From contig SUUM01000001.1 of assembly GCA_015062525.1 (NCBI GenBank), positions 44,796 to 108,795 of the forward strand: DNA of 64,000 bases. The letters are read 5' to 3'. This document shows, in pieces, positions 63,429 to 64,000 of the stretch. The position numbers and the translations under genes are program-made. Position 1 is the stretch's first letter, and every line of letters starts with the position of its first letter. Below the pieces are notes generated by a model, which ran no database searches, had not been told where the DNA came from, and saw nothing but the letters and a program-made list of their open reading frames with translations. This DNA is from Alphaproteobacteria bacterium. Lineage in GTDB: Bacteria > Pseudomonadota > Alphaproteobacteria > Rs-D84.

Positions 63429-63653
63429 ATGCCAAACGTTATGCAACAATTGTTCATTATGAACATTGAAACACTGTTAAAAGAATACGCCGCATACAAG
63501 GCGTTTAACAAATCAGACTGCGTTATTAATATGCGCATTCCGCGCCCTATTTTGGACAAGATTAAAGAACTGGCTGACGCACAACACGTCCCCTATCAAT
63601 CATTGATATCATCGGTTCTGTTTTCCCTGGCAAACATCGAAGATGGAAAATAA
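63429..63653 (+). CDS. CopG/BrnA-like ribbon-helix-helix antitoxin-family protein
   Basis: INMRIPRPILDKIKELADAQHVPYQSLISSVL. Confidence 0.75.
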   Translation: MPNVMQQLFIMNIETLLKEYAAYKAFNKSDCVINMRIPRPILDKIKELADAQHVPYQSLISSVLFSLANIEDGK

Positions 63654-63877
63654 CACTAAACACACGAACAAATGCCCTGCGGCAGACAGTCACACAATTC
63701 ACACCAACAAATAAAATATCACAACATACGCCCCGAACAAGACATATTTCAAACACCCATATCCCGGGCGCAATCCGAACCATCCCGCACCGAACGCGAT
63801 TTCATATTAAAATACAGCAACGAAAAAATCAGATAAATTACACAATAATAAAAACCCCGCATTACGCGGGATTTTTA

Positions 63878-64000
63878 TTAATTACCAAAAAATTCTGGCA
63901 CACAGCCCATAGACCCACCTTCACCTGTCATGGTCATAAAGATACTTAACACCGTACCGATACCAAACAACAGGATGAATCCAATCAACATTGGAATACC
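63878..64000 (-). CDS. C-terminal end of a hydrophobic small protein (possibly pilin-like), partial
   Basis: GIPMLIGFILLFGIGTVLSIFMTMTGEGGSMGCVPEFFGN* followed by a terminator at 63851-63876. Confidence 0.5.
   Translation of the reverse strand, partial: GIPMLIGFILLFGIGTVLSIFMTMTGEGGSMGCVPEFFGN

Overview
Chromosomal window from a bacterium that is most likely an alphaproteobacterium. This is inferred from the ftsE-ftsX-DUF218-plsC order, tolB/pal and the ribosomal protein sequences; the many Cys-rich secreted orphan proteins suggest an uncultured host-associated lineage. Core content: the str-S10-spc cluster plus rpsM-rpsK (17.5-34.5 kb, minus strand, without adk or rpoA-rplQ), an anaerobic class III ribonucleotide reductase locus with NrdR boxes and a split glycyl-radical domain, acpP-fabF, lepA, rbfA, mltG, two AMP-binding ligases, tRNA-Pro(CGG) and envelope/division genes. 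Accessory content: Cys-rich secreted proteins and a tandem array of secreted fibre-like repeat proteins. The most striking signal is a transposase-free 676-bp cassette (7580-8255). It holds a DUF559/Vsr-like endonuclease gene inside nested inverted repeats with about 63-bp terminal arms. Two 477-bp copies (14666-15142, 49181-49657) share the same 200-bp deletion of the nuclease core, which suggests an autonomous/non-autonomous mobile pair. A 19-nt heptamer-repeat motif lies next to three of the four element right ends and also flanks a four-helix-bundle gene; a different heptamer array flanks the fourth end. Other candidates: a covarying palindromic repeat family, tRNA-linked repeats, an unannotated structured RNA of about 220 nt, and a catalytically dead but intact integrase. 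All calls come from reading the sequence and the ORF track; no searches were run.
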